Below are positions 22,027 through 30,818 of a stretch of DNA of 64,000 nt, one piece after another. Each line of letters opens with the position of its first letter. The stretch's first letter is position 1. The position numbers and the translations under genes are program-made. The DNA lies in contig CAYQJB010000001.1 in assembly GCA_964417855.1 (NCBI GenBank), positions 294,709 to 358,708 of the forward strand, written 5' to 3'. Below the pieces are notes generated by a model that was not told where the DNA came from, ran no database searches, and saw only the letters and a program-made list of their open reading frames with translations. The DNA is from an uncultured Candidatus Saccharibacteria bacterium (lineage in GTDB: Bacteria > Patescibacteriota > Minisyncoccia > Phycocordibacterales > CAIZLB01).

Positions 22027-22302
22027 ATGACTACAAACGTACAAATAAGAGTAGACACAAAGTTAAAGAATGAGGCAGAAAAGACTTTGAATAAACTGGG
22101 TCTGGATTTACCTACGGCTTTTAGAATTTTCCTAAATAAAATAAACATTACTGGGGGAATACCTTTTCCTGTAAATAATGATAGTTATTTCAATTATACA
22201 AAAGAACAGGAGGATGAGATACTGGATGCCTATAAAAATGGTAAAAGATCAAAGGAGTTTAAAAATGCCAAGGAATTAATTAAGCATCTAAGGTCTCAAT
22301 AA
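22027..22302 (+). CDS. dinJ: type II antitoxin, DinJ/RelB family
   Basis: VQIRVDTKLKNEAEKTLNKLGLDLPTAFRIFLNKI resembles DinJ N-terminal ribbon-helix-helix; ORF track starts earlier (21970), internal M at 22027 preferred. Confidence 0.75.
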   Translation: MTTNVQIRVDTKLKNEAEKTLNKLGLDLPTAFRIFLNKINITGGIPFPVNNDSYFNYTKEQEDEILDAYKNGKRSKEFKNAKELIKHLRSQ

Positions 22303-22305
22303 AAA

Positions 22306-22566
22306 ATGAAGATAGTTACTACAGATAAGTATGATAAAAAATATAAAAAACTAAGTAATAATCTAAAAGATAAGATAGATAGAGCACTGGAGAAATTTGC
22401 AAAAGATCCTTTTGACCCATCTCTACTAAACCATGGTCTACAAGGAGGACTTAATGGTTTTAACTCTATTAAGGCAGGTTTTGATTTAAGAATTATTCTT
22501 AAGGAAGAGAATGGTTATATATTGGTTTTACTGATTGATTTAGGAAAACATGATCATGTTTATTAG
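22306..22566 (+). CDS. yafQ: type II toxin, YafQ/RelE family mRNA interferase
   Basis: 86 aa; HGLQGGLNGFNSIKAGFDLRIIL...DLGKHDHVY resembles YafQ (HPLQGSWKGYRDAHVEPDWILIY...); 3-nt gap after antitoxin. Confidence 0.75.
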   Translation: MKIVTTDKYDKKYKKLSNNLKDKIDRALEKFAKDPFDPSLLNHGLQGGLNGFNSIKAGFDLRIILKEENGYILVLLIDLGKHDHVY

Positions 22567-22669
22567 ACCGTGTTATTATAAAACCTCTGTTAAATCCCTA
22601 AGGCCTTTATTTTTAGGCGTTTTTATGCTAGGATGTGAATCTAATTAAAAATAAATTAAATTAAACATT

Positions 22670-24088
22670 ATGCACCTTGGTAAAAAGACTAAAATAGTGG
22701 CTACAATCGGCCCTGTTACGGAATCGACAGAACAATTAAAAAAGATGTTAAAGGCAGGAATGAACGTTATGAGAATGAACTTCTCTCACGGAGATTTTGC
22801 TGAACATCAAGCAAAGTTCAATAACCTTAAAAAGGCTATTGAGGAAACAGGTATGCCTTGCGCAATCATGCAAGACCTTTCTGGTCCAAAGTTTAGAATC
22901 GGAGATTTCTACCAAGATCGTGTAACTCTAAAAAAAGGAGATTTTATTACTCTAACTCCTGAGAAAATTGTTGGAGATGAAAAACGTGTTTCAATTAACT
23001 ACCCAACACTTCACCTAGAACTTAAGGTGGGAAATATAATAATGGTTGATGATGGTAAGAAACAATTCCAAGTTGTTGAAATAAAGGGAAGTGAGATTAA
23101 GTGTAAAATTCTAATCGGAGGTGAGACAAAAGGCAGACGTGGAGTAAATCTTCCAGGTGCATACCTTAAGGTTAGTTCTCTTACAGAAAAAGATAAGAAG
23201 GATATTGCTTTTGGAATCAAAAATAAAGTTGATATTGTTGCCTTTTCTTTTGTTAGAACAGGGGATGACGTTAAAGAGCTAAGAGGAATTCTTGATAAAG
23301 CAAAGTCTAAAGCTATGATTATGGCAAAGATTGAAACACAAGAGGCAGTGGACAATATCGATGAGATTATCGCACTTTCTGATGCTGTGATGGTTGCTCG
23401 TGGGGACTTGGCTGTGGAGATTGGATATGAAAATACACCACTTGTACAGAAGATGATTATCAAGAAGGCTAATGAAGCTGGAAAGCCAGTTGTTACTGCA
23501 ACTCAAATGTTGGAATCTATGATTAAGTCTCCAGTTCCTACTCGTGCTGAGGTATCTGATATTGCCAATGCAATCCTTGATGGAACAGATGCTGTTATGC
23601 TTTCTGAGGAATCAACTCTTGGGGATTACCCAATTGAAGCTGTTGAAATGATGTCAACTATCGCACTTAAGGTTGAGAATTCAGAACACCATGCAGAGAT
23701 GTTGTGGGGAATGCAAGCGCATCACATAGGTGTTGGACATTCAACAACTCTTGCTGCTATGGAGGCTGCTGAGAAGGTTGATGCAAAGTATATTGTTACT
23801 CTAACTGAGTACGGATATGCTGCAAGAATGGTTTCAAGAAATAGAGGTCATCAACCAATTCTTGTTTTAACTCCAAATCCTGTTTTGTTTAATCAAGCAT
23901 GTCTGATTTACGGTTGTTATCCAATAATGGATGCAAAGCATAAGACTTTTGAAGAAGCTTTTGCAAACGTTAGACCATTGCTTACAAAGAACAAGCTTGT
24001 AAAGAAGGGGGATAGAGTAGTAGTTGTATCTGGAATGCCATTTGCAAAGACTGAAGAGTCAAATGTTATGTTGATAGAGACAATCTAG
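22670..24088 (+). CDS. pyk: pyruvate kinase
   Basis: KTKIVATIGP...MNVMRMNFSHG, MVARGDLAVEI motifs. Confidence 0.95.
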   Translation: MHLGKKTKIVATIGPVTESTEQLKKMLKAGMNVMRMNFSHGDFAEHQAKFNNLKKAIEETGMPCAIMQDLSGPKFRIGDFYQDRVTLKKGDFITLTPEKIVGDEKRVSINYPTLHLELKVGNIIMVDDGKKQFQVVEIKGSEIKCKILIGGETKGRRGVNLPGAYLKVSSLTEKDKKDIAFGIKNKVDIVAFSFVRTGDDVKELRGILDKAKSKAMIMAKIETQEAVDNIDEIIALSDAVMVARGDLAVEIGYENTPLVQKMIIKKANEAGKPVVTATQMLESMIKSPVPTRAEVSDIANAILDGTDAVMLSEESTLGDYPIEAVEMMSTIALKVENSEHHAEMLWGMQAHHIGVGHSTTLAAMEAAEKVDAKYIVTLTEYGYAARMVSRNRGHQPILVLTPNPVLFNQACLIYGCYPIMDAKHKTFEEAFANVRPLLTKNKLVKKGDRVVVVSGMPFAKTEESNVMLIETI

Positions 24089-24131
24089 TTTAAGGATTAA
24101 ACTTAAAACATATAAAAAGTCATGTTTACAA

Positions 24132-24160
24132 AAGACCTCAGAGATGAGGTCTTTTGTATT
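24132..24160 (+). terminator. intrinsic terminator after pyk
   Basis: perfect 9-bp stem AAGACCTCA-gaga-TGAGGTCTT + TTTTG. Confidence 0.65.
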
Positions 24161-24293
24161 AGTATTTGGTTAATTTTTGAATAGATATAAAAATACATTC
24201 CTGGTGCATCTTGTGTCACTACATAAAATCTCCAGTTTTTCTTTAGAATTTCTTTATAGAAACTTTAGAACTATTTGCTATAGTATTCTGGTT

Positions 24294-25067
24294 ATGAAAA
24301 ATTCATCAAATAAATTAGTTCCTTATGTTATTAAAGATACAGACCTGATTATGTCATCAGTCCCAGAGCCTGGGGAAGGTAGCGTTCGTGTCTATGACTT
24401 ACGCTTTAGAGATTTACCTCAAGAGGAAAAACCGCGAGAAAAATTAATTGCATACGGCCCAGCCCCACTTTCTCTAGCAGAGCTTGTTGCAATTGTTCTA
24501 AATGTTGGAACAAAAGCAGAAGACGTACTATCTATGTCCAAACGTCTTGTAAAGGAATATGGAGTAAGTGCATTGTCTTCACAAATTAATCCAGAACAAC
24601 TTTCACAGGACTTGAATATTCCCTTAGGAAAAGCGTGTCAAATAGTTGCGTGCAGTGAAATTGGCAGGCGTCTTTATAAAAAGAATGATATCGGTCTTGC
24701 TGTTATAAGGACAGCAAAAGATGCCTATGATTATTTGGTAGATATGCATTCTTTACCCAAAGAGCAATTAAGAGGCATATATTTAGATACTCACAATAGA
24801 GTTATTCATGATGAGGTCATTTCTATTGGAACTATTAATACAAACATTGTTCACCCAAGAGAAGTTTTTAGACCAGCCCTTGAGTATGGTGCTGTTGCGG
24901 TTGTTTTGGCACATAACCATCCGTCAGGTGTAGTTACTCCAAGTACAGCGGACATTGAAATTACAAAGCAGTTGGTGCAAGCTGGAAGAATTATTGGTAT
25001 TCATGTTTTAGACCATGTTGTAATTATTAAAGAAGGTTTTCAAAGCATAGGGGTTGATTATCAGTAA
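24294..25067 (+). CDS. radC: RadC-like JAB/MPN domain protein (UPF0758)
   Basis: N-terminal HhH-like LSLAELVAIVLNVGT, HNHPSG JAMM motif; ORF track start 24177 likely over-extended, MKNSSNK at 24294. Confidence 0.8.
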   Translation: MKNSSNKLVPYVIKDTDLIMSSVPEPGEGSVRVYDLRFRDLPQEEKPREKLIAYGPAPLSLAELVAIVLNVGTKAEDVLSMSKRLVKEYGVSALSSQINPEQLSQDLNIPLGKACQIVACSEIGRRLYKKNDIGLAVIRTAKDAYDYLVDMHSLPKEQLRGIYLDTHNRVIHDEVISIGTINTNIVHPREVFRPALEYGAVAVVLAHNHPSGVVTPSTADIEITKQLVQAGRIIGIHVLDHVVIIKEGFQSIGVDYQ

Positions 25068-25087
25068 AAATGTAATACAATCAGACT

Positions 25088-25795
25088 ATGTCAACACTTT
25101 ATGTAGTCGGAACTCCAATAGGAAACCTAGAAGATATCACTATGCGCGCTATACGTGTATTAGGAGAGGTTGATTTGATTTTATGTGAAGACACTAGAAC
25201 AAGTAGAACTCTACTAAATAAATATGAAATCAAAACAGCTACAATGTCTTTTCATACTCATAGTGGATTAGCTAAGATTGATAAGATAATAGAAATGTTA
25301 AAAGAAGGGAAGGACCTGGCGCTTATTACAGACGCCGGGACTCCCGCAATCTCTGACCCTGGATCTCTGCTTGTTTCAAAGGTAAGAGAGGTATTGGGTG
25401 ATGATGTTGAAATCAAAGCTGTACCTGGACCATCTGCTTTAACTGCTGCACTTTCAATTGTTGGACTTCCAGACCACCAATTTACATTTATTGGTTTTTT
25501 ACCTCATAAAAAAGGTAGAGAAACTCTATTTAATAAAATTGCAGAAGCAAAGAAGGAATCTTTTGTGTTTTATGAGTCAACACACAGAATAGAAAAAACC
25601 CTGGAGTCATTAAAGGAATATTTTGAAAAGTCAGAAACTCCTAATAGAAAAATATACCTAGCCCGCGAGCTTACAAAAATGTTTGAGGAATGTGCTGTTG
25701 GAACCGCAGAAGAATTGATTGATAGAATAAAATTAGATAGCAATAAATTAAGAGGGGAGTTTGTTGTTATTGTTGGACCAAATTTTACACAATAA
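25088..25795 (+). CDS. rsmI: 16S rRNA (cytidine1402-2'-O)-methyltransferase RsmI
   Basis: LYVVGTPIGNLEDIT...ILCEDTRTS signature of RsmI/tetrapyrrole-methylase fold. Confidence 0.9.
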   Translation: MSTLYVVGTPIGNLEDITMRAIRVLGEVDLILCEDTRTSRTLLNKYEIKTATMSFHTHSGLAKIDKIIEMLKEGKDLALITDAGTPAISDPGSLLVSKVREVLGDDVEIKAVPGPSALTAALSIVGLPDHQFTFIGFLPHKKGRETLFNKIAEAKKESFVFYESTHRIEKTLESLKEYFEKSETPNRKIYLARELTKMFEECAVGTAEELIDRIKLDSNKLRGEFVVIVGPNFTQ

Positions 25796-25890
25796 ACGAA
25801 ACGTATTAGAGTTGCCTAGGTTATTTTATAATCGCCCATGCGAGATAGTCTAAAATTGGAACTATTATCAATTTTTGCTATACTGACTAC

Positions 25891-26058
25891 ATGAAAAAAA
25901 TAAGGACTGTTCTCATTGTATTGGGTCTGGTTATTGCTTTGGTTCCGGTATTTCTATCAGTTGCAGGAGGCTTTAAGAATTTAGTAATTGAGGCACTCGG
26001 TTTATTAGTTGCTGTTTTATCTTATCTATACGTTCATGAACAGCAAAAAAAGAACTAA
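25891..26058 (+). CDS. possible 55-aa small membrane protein (not in ORF track)
   Basis: ATG 25891 ... TAA 26056; MKKIRTVLIVLGLVIALVPVFLSVAGG... two hydrophobic helices; overlaps start region of next gene. Confidence 0.3.
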   Translation: MKKIRTVLIVLGLVIALVPVFLSVAGGFKNLVIEALGLLVAVLSYLYVHEQQKKN

Positions 26059-27559
26059 CAGTTCAAAGAATCTAAAATATATTAAACATCTTCTTGGAGG
26101 CAAGAACGTGCCTTTTATTTTAGGTGGGTTATTTTTATTAACCATAGTTTTGTTTGTTTTACCTAATATCCTTTCTGTAACTTTTGATGCGAGTCACATG
26201 AAGGCAAAGGTTAGTGATTCTGTTTCAGCATCAGCGTTAGGTCAATCAGCCTCAACGTCGAGCGATACAAATCAGGTTCTATCGGCAAGCGCCATTGCAT
26301 CTTCATCGTCAATTATTGCCTTTGATCCAAATAGTTCAATCATACAAACTCAAGCCGGCGCAACTCATTTAAAGACACCTGTAGCACTTAAGGCTGTCTA
26401 TATGTCTAGTTGGGTTGCTGGATCAAATGATTTTAAAAATAGAATAAAAAAAATGATTGCGGATTCTGAATTAAATGCCGTTGTCATAGACTTTAAGGAT
26501 TCAACAGGAATGCTTTCTGCAAAAACAGGTGTACCTGAAATTGATAATGAGGGATGTACCGAGAATAGAATTAGTGACATCAAAGGTCTTATAAAGGAAT
26601 TTCATGATTTAAATATTTATGTAATCGCAAGAGTCGCTGTTTTTCAGGATTCTTGTCTAGCTAAAAAACATCCAGAATATTCTGTAAAAAGAAAAAGCGA
26701 TGGTCTTATTTGGAAGGATAGAAAAGGGATGTCTTGGATGTACGCTGGATCAAAAGAAGTTTGGGATTACAATATAAAAATTGCCAGGGTTGCATATTCA
26801 ATAGGTTTTGATGAAGTTAATCTGGACTATATAAGATTCCCGTCAGATGGAAACATGAAGGATCTAAGCTATCCGGTAGCTATTGTTAATGACCCAATTG
26901 CACAAAAACCAAAACCAGCTGTAGTTAAGGCGCCAAAGGTAAGCACTAAAGCTGGTACTAAAATTTCCAACAAAGCTTCTGTTATTGTAGCTGTTGCAGC
27001 TACTACCACTGAACTGATACCAATAACTGAAGCTACCGTTATCTCCACAACTACCATCGCATATGATGATTTAAGTTTAAATACTAGGGCTAATATATTA
27101 TCGAGATTCTTTACCTACATGGATGGCGAGCTTAGAAAAAGTGGAGACAATAGACCTAAAATTTCTGCTGATGTTTTTGGAATGGTTGCAACAAATACAG
27201 ATGACTTGGGTATCGGTCAATTACTAGAAAAGATTTTACCTCATGTTGATTATGTTTCTCCTATGGTTTATCCATCGCACTTTGGACCAGGTTGGAACGG
27301 TTACACAAAGCCTGCAACCAGACCTTATGATGTTATATTTGTTTCAATGAGTAAGGCAGTTGCACGAGCAAAGGCAATAGGTCAGGATCCTTTAAAATTA
27401 AGACCATGGCTTCAAGATTTTAATATGGGTGCAACATATACTCCCGCAATGGTTAAGGCTCAGATTACAGCAGCATACGACGCTGGGCTTACTAGTTGGA
27501 TGATGTGGGACCCCGGAAATAAATATAGTAGTACAAAACCTATTCTATTACAGAAATAA
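26036..27559 (+). CDS. secreted/membrane-anchored putative glycoside-hydrolase-like TIM-barrel protein (DUF4015-like), with low-complexity insert
   Basis: N-terminal TM after MNSKKRT; GFDEVNLDYIRFP motif recalled as typical of DUF4015/GHL family; start 26036 chosen over 26009. Confidence 0.65.
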   Translation: MNSKKRTNSSKNLKYIKHLLGGKNVPFILGGLFLLTIVLFVLPNILSVTFDASHMKAKVSDSVSASALGQSASTSSDTNQVLSASAIASSSSIIAFDPNSSIIQTQAGATHLKTPVALKAVYMSSWVAGSNDFKNRIKKMIADSELNAVVIDFKDSTGMLSAKTGVPEIDNEGCTENRISDIKGLIKEFHDLNIYVIARVAVFQDSCLAKKHPEYSVKRKSDGLIWKDRKGMSWMYAGSKEVWDYNIKIARVAYSIGFDEVNLDYIRFPSDGNMKDLSYPVAIVNDPIAQKPKPAVVKAPKVSTKAGTKISNKASVIVAVAATTTELIPITEATVISTTTIAYDDLSLNTRANILSRFFTYMDGELRKSGDNRPKISADVFGMVATNTDDLGIGQLLEKILPHVDYVSPMVYPSHFGPGWNGYTKPATRPYDVIFVSMSKAVARAKAIGQDPLKLRPWLQDFNMGATYTPAMVKAQITAAYDAGLTSWMMWDPGNKYSSTKPILLQK

Positions 27560-27664
27560 TTTCAATTTTAAAAGTAATGAATCTTGCAGAGGTGTGATAT
27601 TCACATAGCGTTAAAACTTTTTTGGCATTATACTGTATACAGTAATCTATACATTAATTAATAT

Positions 27665-29755
27665 ATGCAAGACGATGAAAAAGTAACATACTTCGCAGAG
27701 ACTGATGCTAGAAATAAGCATATTCGTTTTGGTATTAAGGCAAAGGATAGAGCTCGCCATGTTTATACTATTGGAAAGACAGGTATGGGTAAATCAACTC
27801 TACTTGAAAATCTAGCTATACAAGACATTCAGAACGGTGAAGGAATTGCCTTTGTTGATCCACATGGAAAGTCTGCGGATTTACTTTTAGAGTACATTCC
27901 AGAACATCGTAAAAAAGACGTTGTATACTTTGCTCCCTTTGACCTTGATTTTCCTATTGCTTTTAATGTTCTTGAGGATGTTGGTATCACAAAGAGACAC
28001 CTTGTTGCAAATGGTTTGATGAGTGCGTTTAAGACAATCTGGGCTGATGCTTTTTCTGCCAGAATGGAATATATTTTAAATAATATAATGCTTGCTCTTT
28101 TGGAGTACCCTGGTTCAACACTGATGTCAGTTAACAGAATGCTTACAGACAAGGAATTTAGAGCCACTATTGTTGCTAATGTTACAGACCCTACTGTTAA
28201 GGCTTTTTGGATTGATGAATATGGAAAGTATACAGAAAAATTTGCAGCAGAAGCGGCTCCTGCAATTCAAAACAAAGTTGGACAATTTGTTGGTAACCCA
28301 CTTGTTAGAAACATTATTGGTCAACCTGTATCTGGTTTTGATATTAGAGAGATAATGGATAATAAGAAAATTTTGATAATCAACTTATCAAAAGGACGAG
28401 TAGGCGAGGCAAATGCAAATCTTTTGGGAGCAATGTTAATTACAAAAATTTATCTTGCAGCTATGTCTCGTGCTGATTTGAAAGAGGAAGATATAAAAAA
28501 AGCACCTCAGTTTTATTTATATGTGGACGAGTTTCAAAACTTTGCAAATGACTCTTTTGCTGACATTTTATCTGAAGCTAGAAAATATAAATTAAGTTTA
28601 ACTATTGCAAATCAATACGTAGAACAAATGCCAGAAGAAGTTAGGGCTGCTGTTTTTGGAAACGTAGGAACAATGATTACTTTTAGAATTGGGGCTTATG
28701 ATGCTGCCGTTTTTGAAAAGGAATACGCACCAGAGTTTACAGCAGAGGATTTGGTGAACCTGCAGCAATATCAAATGTATTTGAAGTTAATGATCGATGG
28801 AGTTACATCTCGTCCATTTTCTGCAATCGGCATGGCTCCAATTAAGAAGCCGGAGGTTTCCTATGTTGAAGAAATTCTTAATCTCTCGCGAGCTCAATTT
28901 GCTAACCCAAGAGAAAAAATTGAAGAAGACATCAGAAATTGGCACGTTGAAAAGATTGGCGTAAAGACACCTTCTAAAACATCAATAACTACTGGGTCTA
29001 CAGATAGAGGTGATGACAGACCAAGTGCAAGAGCGAGTGATAGGGTTGCCGAGAGGGATGGCGATAGATCCAGCTCAAGAACATCAAGTAGAGCTCGTGA
29101 TGATGGTAGGTCCAGCATGGGGTCTGGTGATAGGTCAAGTCTTAGGTCTGGTGAAAGATCTGTAAGCAGACAGTCTGATAGACCTACACAAAGCTCAATT
29201 TCCGAAAGATTAGATGATAATAGACCTGATTTAAGATTGGTACAAAAACCTGTGGTTTCCAATGTTGAGAGGACAGCTGAAAAACCTAGAGAAAAAATAG
29301 TAAAATCTGAAAGTATACCTGCCAATGAAGTTATTTCATTGCCGCCGCAACAAAAAACACAGTCAATCGCACAACATCCTGTGTATATACCTAAACCTGT
29401 ATTAGTGCCACAGCCTGCATTGGTCAAACCACAACCCGTCCGCCCCGTTTCTTTGAATTCACTAGCTGGCGCAACTGAAAATAAATTTAAAAATAATCAA
29501 AAGGAAATCAAACCAGAAAATGTTGCCGCACTGAGGAATGCTTTGCTTTCGGTAATGGGGGAGAGTTCTTCATCTATTCAAAATGTAGAAAAACAAACAG
29601 AGCAGGGTTCAAAAAACGAATCAGTAAAAAGCGAACCTGAAAAAAATGAATCTGTAAATAATAATAGAAGGGAAGCAGAACAAAATATTTCTAATAGAAG
29701 AAATGGTGAATTGACACCGGATGCATTAAAGAGAATATTGGATATTGAACAGTAG
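27665..29755 (+). CDS. FtsK/HerA/VirD4(TraG/TraD)-like P-loop ATPase with ~280-aa disordered Ser/Arg/Asp-rich C-terminal tail
   Basis: Walker A GKTGMGKST, Walker B YLYVDEFQNF; tail DRSSSRTSSRARDDGRSS... then Pro/Gln/Val-rich. Confidence 0.75.
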   Translation: MQDDEKVTYFAETDARNKHIRFGIKAKDRARHVYTIGKTGMGKSTLLENLAIQDIQNGEGIAFVDPHGKSADLLLEYIPEHRKKDVVYFAPFDLDFPIAFNVLEDVGITKRHLVANGLMSAFKTIWADAFSARMEYILNNIMLALLEYPGSTLMSVNRMLTDKEFRATIVANVTDPTVKAFWIDEYGKYTEKFAAEAAPAIQNKVGQFVGNPLVRNIIGQPVSGFDIREIMDNKKILIINLSKGRVGEANANLLGAMLITKIYLAAMSRADLKEEDIKKAPQFYLYVDEFQNFANDSFADILSEARKYKLSLTIANQYVEQMPEEVRAAVFGNVGTMITFRIGAYDAAVFEKEYAPEFTAEDLVNLQQYQMYLKLMIDGVTSRPFSAIGMAPIKKPEVSYVEEILNLSRAQFANPREKIEEDIRNWHVEKIGVKTPSKTSITTGSTDRGDDRPSARASDRVAERDGDRSSSRTSSRARDDGRSSMGSGDRSSLRSGERSVSRQSDRPTQSSISERLDDNRPDLRLVQKPVVSNVERTAEKPREKIVKSESIPANEVISLPPQQKTQSIAQHPVYIPKPVLVPQPALVKPQPVRPVSLNSLAGATENKFKNNQKEIKPENVAALRNALLSVMGESSSSIQNVEKQTEQGSKNESVKSEPEKNESVNNNRREAEQNISNRRNGELTPDALKRILDIEQ

Positions 29756-29803
29756 AAAAACTAATTGAAAGAAACTGGATTGAAGAAAACACACTAATAA
29801 CAG

Positions 29804-29821
29804 AAAAAAAAAGGGGGGGGG
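29804..29821. repeat. A9G9 homopolymer tract at convergent gene junction
   Basis: aaaaaaaaaggggggggg immediately 3' of the TAG stop of the minus-strand fucosyltransferase gene. Confidence 0.9.
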
Positions 29822-30703
29822 CTAGATCTTTATCCAACCAAGCGGAGTAACATCATTTGTATTTGCACGAGAGTCCTTAACCCATCTTTTTGGAGCTATT
29901 ACAATCTTGTCTTTTTTTGGATTAAGCCATGCACCCCACCAACTAAAGGATGAGTTTGCTATAATATTGTGATTACAATATCCCATAAGAATAAGTTCCT
30001 CATGGTCTAAAATTTCTGGTCTTGAAACACAAACAAATGGTACATCTGTCTTTAGGTTCTCCTTAACCCAGGATATATCATCTGAGAAGACAAATAAAAC
30101 CAATTGCTTTCCACACAGCTTTGCTTGTAGGGTGGATATTGCTCTTTGATAATATGTCATATCAAGTGCACCATGATATGCCGCTGCATATTTATTTGTA
30201 GTATAATCACATCTTCTTATATGAACTGACGCGCTGACCCCACCGTTATCAGCAACTTGTTTTATTCTATCTCTAAAAAGTTTTGCTTTCTCACCAAGTT
30301 TTTCTTTTAGAGTAAGGTCAGATCTTAATATGGTTTCAATATTAGAAAAATATTTTTCACTTTGCCAAAAACCCTCCACGTGTGAACCATCCTTAATGTC
30401 TAGATTTTCAGGTGTAAAGATATATCCATTATAAGGATTAGCTGTATTTTTTATCGCATTCTTTGCTTTTTCATACAATCTCTTGAAAAGACTAATATTG
30501 GAGTCATTAACATCATTTGATATTGACGCCTGCAGATTGAAGCAGTTTATTTGAAGCTCTCGTTCAGTGTCTATTTCTGACTGATTGTCATATCCAGATA
30601 CGTCAAGAATAAGAGGGGTCTCCAGTTTTAGAGAAACAGCTCTACCGTATGCATATTGAAATAGCTGGTTTCCCAAACCGCCCTTTAATTTAACCGTTAT
30701 CAT
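29822..30703 (-). CDS. alpha-1,2-fucosyltransferase, glycosyltransferase family 11
   Basis: GGLGNQLFQYA motif I and HIRRCDY (HxRRGD) motif II of GT11. Confidence 0.9.
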   Translation of the reverse strand: MITVKLKGGLGNQLFQYAYGRAVSLKLETPLILDVSGYDNQSEIDTERELQINCFNLQASISNDVNDSNISLFKRLYEKAKNAIKNTANPYNGYIFTPENLDIKDGSHVEGFWQSEKYFSNIETILRSDLTLKEKLGEKAKLFRDRIKQVADNGGVSASVHIRRCDYTTNKYAAAYHGALDMTYYQRAISTLQAKLCGKQLVLFVFSDDISWVKENLKTDVPFVCVSRPEILDHEELILMGYCNHNIIANSSFSWWGAWLNPKKDKIVIAPKRWVKDSRANTNDVTPLGWIKI

Positions 30704-30818
30704 ATAATCTTAGTGTACGATTTTTAGCACTATTTTACAAATAGACAGATTGGCTAGTCTGTGTCTTTAAGCTTTTAATCCTGAAAATGGTAAACGACTA
30801 TGATATACTTTTGCCATT

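Noticed and set aside
29804-29821. Poly-A9/G9 tract as a slipped-strand phase-variation switch of the fucosyltransferase
   Set aside because: The tract lies after the stop codon, so length changes cannot alter the reading frame. Kept only as a curiosity.
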